NCBI RefSeq assembly: GCF_011745625.1
Contig: NW_027191460.1
Coordinates: 682,001-746,000 of the forward strand
DNA length: 64,000 nt
Direction: 5' to 3'
Source: Cladosporium halotolerans
Taxonomy: Eukaryota
The translations under genes and the position numbers were made by a program. A model generated the notes under the pieces. It saw nothing but the letters and a program-made list of their open reading frames with translations. It did not search any database and was not told the DNA's origin. Below are positions 11,098 to 22,733 of the stretch, in pieces (position 1 is the stretch's first letter; every line of letters begins with the position of its first letter).

Positions 11098-13809
11098 TTA
11101 GCCAAACATGCCCTTCTTCTTCTTCGTCTTCCCCGTATCGCCCAAAATCGAATCGAACGTCTTGCTCGAGTCAACCACATGCGCGCTCCGCGGTCTCTCG
11201 GCCGAGCCCGACACCGCGCGCTGCCCGTCCGGCGCAACGCCTGCGGGCAGCGGCAGAGCCTCCAAACCGACGCTGATGAACGACGCACGCTTGCTGGCTG
11301 CGGGACTCGAGCTGCGGCTACCCGGCGCGAGAAGGCCTGGGCCCGGCGAGGGTGCACGCAGCGGCGAGCCGGGCGGCGGGATCGAGGTGGGAATCGAAGG
11401 ATCTTGGACGGGCGGCGCCGCGCCGGAGGCGTTCGCTTCGTGCAGCGCCGTGTTGAGGATCGGATTCGCGGCCGTCCATGCCTCCGCCATTTGCCATGCA
11501 TGGCTGCGTCTGTAGACGCCTTCGACGCCGTGCTCTACAACGTCTGACGGCAAGCTCACTACGCCGCCCGCGTCGCCGACAGCGTACCAGTTGCGGCGGG
11601 CTGGCGCGGCTTTCTCGGGATCCGCCCAAGGGACACCGCTGCGCGGCGGCTCGCAGAGGAAGTACTCGACGCCCTGCGTGTGCTTGAGCCCGGGCGCGTC
11701 GCACGCGAGCAGCGGCAGCGCCTGGATGACGGCGTACAGGAAGATCCACTGGCCGATGCGCAGGTCGACGAGCTCGCCGATGGTGCAGCCGTGGCCGGCG
11801 CGGCGCTCCATGTCGCGGAAGGCGTTGACGAAGGGCGTCGCGCGCGCGTCGCCGTTCCAGCATGCCCGGTAGATCTGCACGATCTCGTCGTCTTTGAGCT
11901 TTTTGCCGAGCGCTCTGAGGTCTTTCTTTTTGTCGCCGGTGTTGAAGTCCGGGCGGACGGTTTTGAGGTTGGGGAGGAGGGGGAGGTCGAAGGGGATCGG
12001 GGGTTTGACGGGGGGCTGGGAGCGGTCGTATTCGGAGAGGGCGGAGCGCAGGCCGCGGACCGTCGGCTCTTCTTTGGGGCCGGCGAGGTCGATGCCGTCG
12101 ACTGTTCGTGTGGTGAGGTGGGTCCGGTCGACTAGGAGGTCGTAGATAGAGCACAGGTCGTGGTAGAGATCTCTCAGGACGACTCTTTGCAATCCACTGG
12201 TCTCAAGATTGTTCTTCTTGCTCTTCGCCTTAGGTGGCCAATCGCCGTATCTCTGCTTGAGGGTTGCTAGCATCCACTTCCGCATGCCGAGGAAAGAGTC
12301 TTTCCAAGCGTCAAAGCGCACGCCCTCCTTGCGCTCGCCTGCCATCTTAGAGCTCATGATACCGGAGAAAATCGAGGGGAAGTCGAAGTCGGTGAGGATG
12401 AGGCGGGCGTTGCTTTCTCGTTGTTCCAGGTCCATTGAGGCGCGGGTCAGTCTGGTTTTCGTGATTGCGGACATCAGCTCGAACTTCTGACTCTTCAAAG
12501 CCGTCAGATCAGGAAGCTTGCCAGCAGCGTGTGTGAATGCCTCGTTATACAGGAGCACGCTCTTCATGCGCTCTCCGAGAACAATGCCTTCGATGGTCTT
12601 TTCTCTGCTTCCGCGCACGTCTGCCAACCCAAGCTCTTCTACATAGCCGTCAAAGCTGGTACTGGCGACTTCGCCGTAAGTGGATCCATCGGCATTGGTG
12701 AACTCGTTGCCCTTGAGCAGCGACGCAACGGTCATGAAAATGTGGAAGAAGCTCGCTCTTCTCTCTGTAGCAATCAAAGCTTGACCGCAGAGACAGGCGA
12801 AGAAGTTGCGGAAGTCGATCAAGACTTGGAGGTCGTCCATCTTGGATTTCTCATCAGCTGCTCCCTTGAGCTTAAGAGGGAAGTAAATGTGAGACTCGGG
12901 GGAGGGGTCGGAGATGTTGGAAAGTCGGCCTCTGGAGCCTGCGGAAGACGCCGAGCCATTTGTTGCATGGCGGTGGGGAGTGTCTGATGGTGTGTATGGG
13001 TCGTTGAGGGACAGCTGCTGTGCGCGGGTATCCAACGGCATCTGTCTTCTGTCGCCTGTTTCAACAGCAGCGTCGCTGTAGAGGTTTCCAAACGCCATTT
13101 TCGTCAGGACAGGCGAGGAAGCAAAGATAGCCGAGTCCACTTTGAAGGACGGACCTTTACCGGACTCTTGAGGGAACAAATGTATGTAGCAGTTGCCGTC
13201 CATATCGTCCCAGAGCTCTGGTACCCTGTGACCTTGAAGCAAAGCATCGGAATCGAATGGAAGACGTTGCGGGTGCCCGGCGATCCACGCGACTGGGCCT
13301 CGAGGCTCGTCGCTGCTCTTCTTGCCCTTCCCGCCAAACCAGCTGCTCTTCCTCTTCTCTTGCTTGTTCGGCGAGGACGGTGTCGAGTCCGTTCTGGTTT
13401 GAGGCAGGACCAAAGTTGGTGTGGCAGGCCGACTGCCTCCACCCGAGGAGGCCATCATCGAGCCGGCCGTGCCAGGTCTTGAGCCGTCGCGAGAGGAGGG
13501 GCGAGAGAAGTTCTGGGAGAAAGTAGGCGGTGGGAGAGTCGGCAAGGTGCCCCCATTGTGCTGCGAGGCAACTTGCTCTTGAAGGTCTTGTAGACTAGGC
13601 TGGTTGGGATCCAGCAATTGTCCTGAGGGTGCTCGCGATTGTGCTGGCGCCGCTTTTTGAAGCCTGCTAGGGCCTGGCGAGCGAGAACGTGAGGCTCCGG
13701 CAGGTGATGGCTCGCGCGAGGCGGCCGGTGAAGATGCTTTCCTTGCCATGGGCGGCCGTTCAGAGCGGTCGGGGTTGGAGAAGAGGGAAGACAGCCTCTT
13801 GCCGGCCAT
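11098..13809 (-). CDS. Conserved fungal hypothetical protein (903 aa)
   Basis: Long intronless ORF with biased codons, S/P-rich termini and a globular core (VPELWDD..GPSFKV; YLCEPP-like motif). Function not recognised. Confidence 0.85.
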   Translation of the reverse strand: MAGKRLSSLFSNPDRSERPPMARKASSPAASREPSPAGASRSRSPGPSRLQKAAPAQSRAPSGQLLDPNQPSLQDLQEQVASQHNGGTLPTLPPPTFSQNFSRPSSRDGSRPGTAGSMMASSGGGSRPATPTLVLPQTRTDSTPSSPNKQEKRKSSWFGGKGKKSSDEPRGPVAWIAGHPQRLPFDSDALLQGHRVPELWDDMDGNCYIHLFPQESGKGPSFKVDSAIFASSPVLTKMAFGNLYSDAAVETGDRRQMPLDTRAQQLSLNDPYTPSDTPHRHATNGSASSAGSRGRLSNISDPSPESHIYFPLKLKGAADEKSKMDDLQVLIDFRNFFACLCGQALIATERRASFFHIFMTVASLLKGNEFTNADGSTYGEVASTSFDGYVEELGLADVRGSREKTIEGIVLGERMKSVLLYNEAFTHAAGKLPDLTALKSQKFELMSAITKTRLTRASMDLEQRESNARLILTDFDFPSIFSGIMSSKMAGERKEGVRFDAWKDSFLGMRKWMLATLKQRYGDWPPKAKSKKNNLETSGLQRVVLRDLYHDLCSIYDLLVDRTHLTTRTVDGIDLAGPKEEPTVRGLRSALSEYDRSQPPVKPPIPFDLPLLPNLKTVRPDFNTGDKKKDLRALGKKLKDDEIVQIYRACWNGDARATPFVNAFRDMERRAGHGCTIGELVDLRIGQWIFLYAVIQALPLLACDAPGLKHTQGVEYFLCEPPRSGVPWADPEKAAPARRNWYAVGDAGGVVSLPSDVVEHGVEGVYRRSHAWQMAEAWTAANPILNTALHEANASGAAPPVQDPSIPTSIPPPGSPLRAPSPGPGLLAPGSRSSSPAASKRASFISVGLEALPLPAGVAPDGQRAVSGSAERPRSAHVVDSSKTFDSILGDTGKTKKKKGMFG

Positions 13810-16124
13810 GGTTGCTCGAGATCGGCGTCAAGGTCGGCGGGGTAATTTGTGGGATGCAGACAAAGGGACGGTGGCTAGTGAAGCAGAAGAGAACGGGGAT
13901 ACAAGGAAATCAGGGCACGGGAGAGTAGAGATGCATAGGAGCTGCAGGAGAATGGCGTGTTTCAGGGCCGACGTGGTGGAGGAGTTGTTTTGGCTGGGGC
14001 CCAGGCACGACAACCCTGCAGAGGCAAAGTACCACCTACCTACGTAATGAGGGCAGCGTGATGGCTGGTTGCGTCGCGCAGTCGCCGAGCCAATGGCTGG
14101 GCGCAAACTGGGTACAAAGAGCCGATGGTGCCGAGTGTAAATAATGCGCAGGCCCTGCACTGCGTCGTACGGTGGCACGGATGCCTCGATGGGCCTCGTG
14201 GCCGGCCAAGAATAGCGTGCGCAGTGTGCAAGAAGACGGACGGTGGGACGGATGTGAGGGAAAGACGACGTCGCCCTCCTCCAGCGCTTGACCATCGCGC
14301 CGTTGCACCCGAACGGGCCCTCTCTGCTCCGAGCGCGCTTGGCTCGCCTGAGGAACTCGGCCTTGGGATGCCACAGCCACGCCATAGCGCCGGTGGGTCT
14401 TCTATTTCTATCGCTCCTACGACTTCTAGTGCCATACGAATCATGCACCGGGCCATCTCTTTGACGTGTGACTGCGCGGTGAGCGCGTACAAACGAGACG
14501 ATTCTCGCGTGATGGTCTTGCGCAGGCCCGCAACTTGCACATATGATCTGATCACGCCCCCGGCAAACATCTTCCGATCCCTTAACACAAGCAGCCACAT
14601 GCATTGTTCACCTGTTCAGCGTCCGTACCGAATGTGAGGAAACACGATGACAAGGACCGGATCAAGCTCCCGAGTCGAGATTCCTCGTGGCCCGAAAAAA
14701 CTGGTCCGAAGACCGTGTTTTTGTGCACGTGATTAGAACACGGTACTCCTCACTCACAAACCACTCTTTCCAGGCGACTCAACACGAGGTGGCTGGCAGT
14801 CCAATCCCTCCCCACTTGCCATATTCAGCAACCACACCGGAAGCCTTCTGCTGTGTAGCTGCTTAGACGCGAAGGCAACTCACGGTTCAAGTATCCTGAC
14901 CTGCTCATGCCATGCCATTGGCGGCGAGCGGAAATTCATCCAGGCCATGAGACCGACCCGTCAGCATTTGAAAGCCTGGCGCCTTGTGTTGTTGCCTGGA
15001 CTCCTTATTAGTCTCTGTGGCTCTTTTGTGCTCGCCTGAACTTTCGTCTTTCATGCTCTTGACAGCATTGGCATTATCCTCACACCGGTATGCCTCAAGG
15101 GAATCTCGAGAGTCAGCACGGTTCATACCTGAGGGTCGAATATCTGAATTATATGGACTGATGTAGTTGTTGGCATTCGTCGTTTGCGATATTGCTCTTC
15201 TGGAGTCACACTGGGCAGCATGACATATCATTTGGAATCGTCAGTGGGTAACTTTGCTAACCTGGCAACTACCTCAAGGATGTCTTTCAGTCATCCACAA
15301 CAAATCAAGGGCGGGACAATTTACAACTCCGAGCTCCTCACAGCCATGTCACAGCCATCGAGCACTGCCTTTGTTAGTGCGCAGTCGTCGCAAGACATTC
15401 GTGATGTTGATGGGGCCAATGAAGCATTCTTCATCTGGGGACTGGCACGGCTAAATGCTTTTCCGGCAGTGATGGCGCAGTCGTCTTCCTGCTCGCTTGG
15501 TCGTCGCATAGCCCACCTAAGATCAGCCCCAGGATGTGTGTGTGGTAAGGTAACGTTCGTTGGAAAATGACTGGTTCACGTGGTGGCGGCACTGCCTGCA
15601 GCTGCGCCCGCCACCTTCAGCTGGGGCTCGACGTTGATTGGAGGCTTCCAGCTGTTCTTGATCTGCACTGCCCGTCGTCCTGACTCCTCCAACGCCTGCC
15701 ATTCCAGGAGGCCACCAGCAAGGAGATGCTGCTCGGTAGTCAACATCGTACATGTTTCCCTGCCACACAATATTGTGGAAGTACGATATCACAGCTGCTA
15801 AGCATGCAAGGCGTCCTCGTGGTAATTGGTAACGTAGGCGAAGCCAAGCGGCTCAGGATGGATGAAACCCGAGGGCGCTTGACCCGGCGGCTGAAGAACT
15901 GGGTATAAGTAGGCCTCGAAAACCCCTAAGCTTCGATTCAGCAGGCAATCAATCATAAACTCAACCTTCAACAAATTTAGAGCTCCAGGTGTGATCCCAT
16001 TGATTGTCTTACACAGCCCCAGATCCTCTTCGTTAAATACTTCATTGCCATGAGTGGCATCACCTTTTCGATTTTGGGAGCACCAGAACTCCTCCCACTC
16101 AAGACAAAACAGCGAACTACACAG

Positions 16125-17081
16125 ATGGATCAAGGCGAGCGCGAACGCCCCAAGAGCTTGCTGGGCTCTGTCAGGAATAGCTTGTCGAGAAAGCAGAGCA
16201 ACCCTCGCCAGCAACAACCACACCCTCATTCAACGAACGTCGCTCCCGCGACAAGACGGCCAGTTGGAGTATCTGCCAACCCGTTTCACAGCCCATCTTC
16301 TTTCGACGCGCCGCCGCCGTACTCCCCAGCGTCGCCGCCAACACCTCCGTACTCACCGGCATCGATTCAGGCACCTCAGATCAGCAATGCTTCTCAAAGT
16401 CGCTCAGCACCAGTAGCGGATGATGCATATGCCTTCCTGAACGATTTTGACACCATATTCTTAATTGATGATTCGGGTTCTATGGCTGGTGGACTGTGGC
16501 GCCAGACTGCTGAGGCCATCAAAGCCATCGCGCCGATCTGCACGGAGCATGACGCCGACGGTATCGACATACACTTTCTGAACCACGGTAACAGCTACTG
16601 CAATATCACCTCGGCTAGTGCTATCCAGGAGGTCTTCGAGAAAGTCAGGCCTGGCGGCGCGACCCCGATTGGACGCAGACTAAACGACTTGTTTAGAGAT
16701 TATTTCAAGAAATTTGAACCGCGGCCCGAGACCACGAAGCCTATCAACATTATCTGCATCACGGACGGCGTGCCTGGCGACAATCTTGAAGGCACTTTGA
16801 TTCAAGCTGCGAAGAGGCTTGATAAGCTGGATGCACCTGTATCTCAGGTCGGTGTGCAGTTCTTCCAAGTCGGCAGTGATCCTGAAGCAACTACGTATCT
16901 CAAGGAATTGGACGATGGCCTTGCTGATATTGCTCGCGACCGTGACATGAGGGACATGGTTGACACCATTCCGTTCCTAGGGGAGAACGGGACCACCCTC
17001 AGCGGCGCTGGCATCCTCAAGGTCGTTCTTGGTGCTGTCACGAGGAGATTAGATCGCCGGTCGAAGGAGCTGCATCGGTGA
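16125..17081 (+). CDS. von Willebrand factor type A (VWA) domain protein
   Basis: MIDAS motif IDDSGSM, plus ATPIG, ICITDG and VQFFQVG. P-rich N-terminus with PPPY motifs. Start at 16125 or 16050. Confidence 0.9.
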   Translation: MDQGERERPKSLLGSVRNSLSRKQSNPRQQQPHPHSTNVAPATRRPVGVSANPFHSPSSFDAPPPYSPASPPTPPYSPASIQAPQISNASQSRSAPVADDAYAFLNDFDTIFLIDDSGSMAGGLWRQTAEAIKAIAPICTEHDADGIDIHFLNHGNSYCNITSASAIQEVFEKVRPGGATPIGRRLNDLFRDYFKKFEPRPETTKPINIICITDGVPGDNLEGTLIQAAKRLDKLDAPVSQVGVQFFQVGSDPEATTYLKELDDGLADIARDRDMRDMVDTIPFLGENGTTLSGAGILKVVLGAVTRRLDRRSKELHR

Positions 17082-17367
17082 TACAGCTGTAGCAATTTGG
17101 GTGTCTTCGTAAATTCGTTTGGACCGAATTTTACTTAGGAGCCGCGATAGAGGTAGTATTCTTCTCATCAACTTGAGATCGCCACCGGATGTGATCGCGA
17201 GGGGATTCCGCCGGTTTCCCCAGGTCCAAGCATTAGCCTTGGATACTGATGGTTGGTATTTTGCTTGCAAATAGCCATTTTCTATAACCAGATGAATTTA
17301 CAGGTCAATCTAGAAACAATACCCAAGATGTCATTCGCGAATGTACGGAAAAGCTAAGATGCGGTAT

Positions 17368-18674
17368 TTACCACCGCTGTGCCGACTCCTCCGACATCGA
17401 CGTGTTCCAGAAGTGATTCAACTCTCGCGAGAGTTTCGCATCTTGCACGAACACCCCTGATGGTTGCCAAGTTCTTTCGGAACGCACATCGACGGTCTCT
17501 CCGGTTGCATATGCCAGCTCTTGCGCAAAGATGCAGTCACAAACATCAAGCTCGCTCACCTGCCCGCCCAACAACGTACGACTTTTCAAATCGCGCCTGT
17601 CGCTCGACGAAGTTCGGATCACCCGTCGCCCGTCTGACCCAGGGTTCGTGTGGCCCAATCTATACAAGTAATCTCTCACGGTGTTAGAGCATTTAGTATC
17701 GCCTGGTTCACCAAGACAAATCAAAACCGAGTCCACCTGCCTCGCTGCGCGCTCCTGGCCGGCGAAATGGCGGATGTGTACCAGCGTCACCATCAACACT
17801 TGTCGCAGCGTCAGATCATAGTCCGGAAAGAAGCGCTCCAACGCCTTCCGCTCGTGATCGCAAGTCAGGCTCAGCAGAGTAAAGACTTTGTCTCTCGGAT
17901 CCGTGCTCTTGTGTTTGCCCGCCCAGTCGAGCAGGCGCAAAATCGGTGCCTTGCGCCACGTCGCCCAGTCCAACGCTAAGGACAGGTAGAAGTAGGTGTC
18001 TAAGCCCTCGCTGGAGTTGCCCCGGGCATTGGCCCAATTTACAAGCATCTGCATTGGCACAGAGTAGTCGCCGCAGTATAGGACGATGTTGCGATTCAAG
18101 AAGAGCTCCTGCTGCACCCAGATGCGGCCCCAGTATGGCAGCTCGCCCAGCGCGCAGATAGAAGACTTGAGTCTTTCTCGGCTCGACTTGGGGAGATCGA
18201 CGGCCCTCGTCGTCCGTAGATCGACCTCGAACGCGAGACGGAGCTGCTCACTGCAGAGCCCCAGCCAGGAGGCTACATGGTTCGCATTCGTGTAGGTGAA
18301 GCTCATTTGTCGCACCTGTTCGTTGCGCTCTTTGACATTCGCCTGGTCAATGCACAGAGCGTCTCGGGCAGGGCCTCGCGCATAGAGCAAAGAGCGTTGT
18401 AGAGATTCGGCCAAACCCTTTTGTCTTTGCCGTTAAGCTTGATGCTTTGCTGGGACGTGTTTCGACCCCATACGTAGGACAGAGCGATATATTTCGGTTT
18501 TGTCCTTCGGTCGAATGATTGGACTTCGAGCCGGATGGCATTTGGCGTTGAGTCTGGTGCATATCTGAGCAGCCTGATGTCGTGTGGTGAGACGGGAGGA
18601 TATTGAAATGAATTTTGCCCTCGGACCGCTGGTCTATCGGGCGACTTGTTCTTCTTGAAGAGCGAGAAAGGCAT
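17368..18674 (-). pseudogene. HET-domain (heterokaryon incompatibility-like) gene with frameshift
   Basis: N-terminal HET motifs (IRLL, YIALSYVWG, NLYNAL) are in one frame; DALCIDQ..ERNEQV..M..Y..A..V..WLG, PYWGRIWVQQE and STDPRDKVF are in another. The shift lies at ~18363 with no usable intron. Confidence 0.8.
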
Positions 18675-19842
18675 GTCTGATATATCAATAAGGCAGTGCA
18701 AAGTACCTGCAGATTGTGGTGAAACCACTGGCCATGCGAGGACTCAATTATGACCACGCTTTATATCTCACCTTCGCTTCAACAGAGCGCTTACATTCGC
18801 GCCTTCGCTTACACTCTCAGCATGTTGGTATGCTCGAAGATGCTTGTGAAACACTCTTATGTACTGTTGTGGCACCTCGGCGGCAAAGCAAACGTTCAGC
18901 ATCTAGGCTTTGTTCCGCGTTGACGCTGGGATCAAGACGCCGGAAATACGAATAGCTATCCTTAGAGTATCTCTTCCTTCTCAACTTTGCATTGTGTCGT
19001 TTCATTCTGTTGTCGGGCGCTTAGTGATTCTATCAATGTCTTTCCGTTGAAACGCAAAGAACAATTTTAGAGGAAGTGGCCAGGCATCCTGCAGACCATT
19101 ACGACGAAGCTATGGTTGAATACATCATGATGACTGAGGTCTTTGCGATTCATTAGAGTATTTCCTTCACATACAAACTCCACCCACTTTCGTCTTTCCT
19201 GCACCTCCGCCAGACAGCACTTGGAAAAGAATCCAGATCTTCTCAGCAAGAAGTCGCGGCCAACAGCGGCACACCCACGTGACTCTTCTGGAAGCTTGAT
19301 AAGTTGCGGATGGTGCTTGCTCAAGCCATCGGCAGCTCCGAGATCGCGACAGTTGGATAGAGTTCAAGACCACGTCAAGCATGGAGGGGTTGCAATTCTG
19401 GAGCTCTGTTCACATGATATCGGCTAATCGGGGATGGTACCACCGAGATCTCAGCTCATACAGACTCATCAGCGCGCTCATCAGTGGATAAATGGCATCA
19501 GAATTTAGATTTGACTTGGATGCGGTCGGTACCTGACGCCAGATCGCGGCTCGTTCATCGCTCCAGGCTGAGGATCTCCGGCTTGCTGCGCCCCATCCGG
19601 CACGCCTGACGGCGATCAGCAAGCTTCCAACTCGTGCCCCTCCATTCAAACCTGGTACAGCTCCCCTCTGGTGCACCATGACGTTGCGGGACTGAGCTAT
19701 GTTGCTCCCACTCAAGCATTGAGCCTACGGGTGAGGGTCCAAGTACATATAGAACAGCTTCCCATCCCACCCTGCCCTCCTTAGCTCTCCAGACCCCTCA
19801 AACACCTACACCCCACTTCAAAACTATATCAATTCAAGCAAC

Positions 19843-20157
19843 ATGTCTGGTCTTCTGAACAAGGCTAAGGATGCCCTCGGCAAGGGTGGCAGCAGCGGCG
19901 GCAGCAGCTCCGGCGGCGCTGGCGGACAGTCTGGCGCTGAGAAGTTCGCTTCTGGCCAGGCCCACACCCGTAAGCTCTCATGACACGAGTCTCTCGATCT
20001 ATGACATTATCTCTAACAACGTTCACCAGAAATCGACAATCTCACCGACAAGGCTGGCATGGGTGACAAGTACGACGACAAGATCAACAAGTTCGCCGAC
20101 GGCCAGATCAACAACCAGATCCCTGGTGGCGCTGGCAAGCCTTCCGCTCCGAAGTAG
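19843..20157 (+). CDS. Small glycine-rich hydrophilic protein (84 aa), absent from ORF track
   Basis: Exons 19843-19969 and 20030-20157, intron GTAAGC..CTAAC..CCAG. Good start context (caacATG) and strongly biased codons: MSGLLNKAKDALGKGGSSGG...QIDNLTDKAGMGDKYDDKINKFADGQINNQIPGGAGKPSAPK. Confidence 0.85.
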
Positions 20158-20488
20158 ATTGGGCCTGGAATGGGACACGGCCTCTTTATGATGATATGTA
20201 ATTCGGAGTAATGATGATTTCGATACGATGATATCTTCGGTTCGTGATCTCGTCGTAAGACTCCATTCTTTGCGGCTATGTCTTCGCGTCCCGTGATACC
20301 ACCAAGCTCGTTAGTCGAACAACCATCTGATTACAACAAGTGTACTTTCAAAAACGAGAGGAGAACAAGAACATCACCGACTGCTGGATCCGTCAACATT
20401 ACCAGCGTTTGATGATCAATTTGTGTATATGTTTTACAAGCTCCGCATTTACGTCATCCACTCAGCTAAGACTAGCATAGCTAGTACA

Positions 20489-20595
20489 CTCTCCTTAGCT
20501 CAGCTGGAAGAGCGCAAGACTGTAATTGCAACAGGGGTTCGAGCAATCGAACATCCGAAATCTTGAGGTCCGTGGTTCGATCCCGCGAGGGGAGA
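20489..20595 (+). tRNA. tRNA-Tyr(GTA) with 34-nt intron (20526-20559)
   Basis: Acceptor stem CTCTCCT/AGGGGAG, D-arm TAGCTCAGCTGGAAGAGC, anticodon arm CAAGA-CTGTAA..A-TCTTG, T-loop GGTTCGATCCC and downstream T-run. Confidence 0.96.
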
Positions 20596-20812
20596 CTTTT
20601 TTTACTTTTGCCCTTCAATATACTTAGATGAAGCAACTAGGTTACCCCGTTATGTCGTCGCTTTTTGCAATTGCACGGCAATCGGGTGATCACTATCACT
20701 TCTCATACAATCAGAATACTTGCAATAGGAAAAAAGGTGGACACGGGGAACGCTCCTGTACAGCGATCTATAGTCTCAGGTCTATATAAGCCCTCAAACA
20801 CCCTCCGTACTC

Positions 20813-22330
20813 TCACAAGCCTGGGGGTTTCTCAACTTCTTCGCCCAGCATGGCCGGTGCACCGAGATTGCTGTTGCACTCCTTCTTCCAATCAGCCGGC
20901 GTGAAGCTGTCTGCAGCCTCTTTGAACGCCGCGAGGGTGCAGAAGCTCTCGTCGCCCACGCGGTGACGGCCGGTTACTTTGCAAAAAGGGATCGCCACAG
21001 GCCTGTCATTGTAACGCAGGCGAACGTAGTAGTTTTCCAAGCTGGCTTGCTCAGTGCTCGACATCTCAGCAAGCGGCTTGCGAGTTGATGAGCTGGACTG
21101 GCTCGTCGAAGACGGCGAGAAGAGCAAGTACCACCAAGTCTTCTCTTTACTCGGCCACACGGCGCCGGATGGTGCTGTTGCTGCAGGGGTAGTCGGGGAT
21201 GAGCGAGATTTGAACAACTCCACGGCAATTGAACTGGTGTATGGCGGCCACTTGTCCTTCTCGACGTCGTATGCGCCGAGGGATGCAAGCAGAGCAGCCA
21301 GGGTCGTATCGTGGCAGCCGTTCAAGCTGATTTTGAAGCCCTCGTTCTGGGTGCGCTTCACCATGTTCTGGACAACGTCTCCAACGAGGCCGCCGATACC
21401 CAGCTTGCGGTATTCATTGCTCATCGTGTAGCCTGCGAACCATTCTTCGGTGCACACGCGGTCCACGTTGGCGACTAGCTTCTCATCGTAGAATTCCTTC
21501 GGCAATTTGGTTGCGGCGCCGTGAGCGAGGGTGGCGTTTATCGTGTCCATGATACCAGAGAGTCTAGGGTGGGAATCAACTGCGGCGACCGGCGAATCGG
21601 CAGGCATCCATTTTCCGATCTTCTTATTAACGTAGGCAAGTTCCGGAGAAGGGTTCCAGATCTCAGCTGCTCGGTTCGCAAAAGCCTTTGCGAGCTCAGC
21701 GAAGCGTTTACAAGCTCCTTCATTGGGATACAGGGTTTCATCCTGAAATGCTCGCGCGACGATGACAGGGGTAGGGAAATCTGCAGCGCGCTGGTTCTGA
21801 GGGTAAAGACCGGTGAAAGCTTGCTGCGCGCTTTCCAGCGCTCGAGGGATAGGCGTTGACCGTAGGTACACAGATGAGGCAGCACCAGAATCGATCACCT
21901 CTGGAAGGAAGCCAAGCTGCGAGACGTAGAGGCCCCTGAGCCGCTGCCCCAGGGCAGTAGTCGTCTGGCGCCCTCGGTCTGTCAGCTCACCGGACTGGCA
22001 CACGGTTTGGAACTCTCCCTTTAAGCCCTTCGCCAAGGTCGGATCATCAGTTGCCGAAGCGTCCACCTGGCGCTCAAAAGTTTCAAGCCTCCTTCGCCAC
22101 TGCATCGTATCCCAAGAGCCATCAGCGGACATCACGGCGGATCTCATTTGCTGAGCAGCTGTGCAGTAAGGCCAGTACGCAGGGAGGCCGGCATTTTTAA
22201 AGCGTGCATTGACTGGTGTACGCTCTCCGTGGCGTAAAATGACCTGAACTTGCTGCAACTCAAGGTCGTTTGGGTAGAGTGCGGCCAACTCTTGCGATGT
22301 GTAGGGCGCTCGCGGTACCAGAGTCGTCAT
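20813..22330 (-). CDS. Histidine acid phosphatase family protein
   Basis: RHGERTP catalytic motif, GELTDRG, RSTPIPRALES and CHDTT. Likely start MTTLVPR at 22330. Confidence 0.92.
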   Translation of the reverse strand: MTTLVPRAPYTSQELAALYPNDLELQQVQVILRHGERTPVNARFKNAGLPAYWPYCTAAQQMRSAVMSADGSWDTMQWRRRLETFERQVDASATDDPTLAKGLKGEFQTVCQSGELTDRGRQTTTALGQRLRGLYVSQLGFLPEVIDSGAASSVYLRSTPIPRALESAQQAFTGLYPQNQRAADFPTPVIVARAFQDETLYPNEGACKRFAELAKAFANRAAEIWNPSPELAYVNKKIGKWMPADSPVAAVDSHPRLSGIMDTINATLAHGAATKLPKEFYDEKLVANVDRVCTEEWFAGYTMSNEYRKLGIGGLVGDVVQNMVKRTQNEGFKISLNGCHDTTLAALLASLGAYDVEKDKWPPYTSSIAVELFKSRSSPTTPAATAPSGAVWPSKEKTWWYLLFSPSSTSQSSSSTRKPLAEMSSTEQASLENYYVRLRYNDRPVAIPFCKVTGRHRVGDESFCTLAAFKEAADSFTPADWKKECNSNLGAPAMLGEEVEKPPGL

Positions 22331-22733
22331 GATCACAGGTTGATCGATAGGATTAACGGCCAAACGAGATGCGCAGAACGAGTAACGGTGTATCCTATAG
22401 TGTATTTCCACGCTGGACCAGGAAGAGAAGAAATGAGAAAAAATACACTGCACGCGAGGGCTGAGTGCGTCGCCTCCCTCTGAGTCGACGTGTTGACTCG
22501 ACCGGTCTGCCTGTCCAGCGGGATCAACGCATTCAGGCACGCCGCGACAAGCTTCCCACCCTTGTTCGGCGGCTCAGCCTCACGCCTCGGCTTCTGGCTG
22601 CCGCAAGTCTGTGGGCAGGTCTGCCGACAGATTTCTCGAGCGGACTCGCGCAGCCCCGTCCACGGATAGGTCAGACAGCATTCTACTTCTCACTTCCTTT
22701 GCGCTCTGTCGCTCTACACCACATGTCCATGTG

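Noticed and set aside
13828..14637. Overlapping 170-258-aa ORFs upstream of the 903-aa gene
   Set aside because: GC-rich promoter or UTR sequence giving Arg/Pro-rich translations with no codon bias.
19067..19324. DFLLRRSGFFSKCC fragment reminiscent of a BTB domain
   Set aside because: Too short and degenerate to support a pseudogene call by eye.
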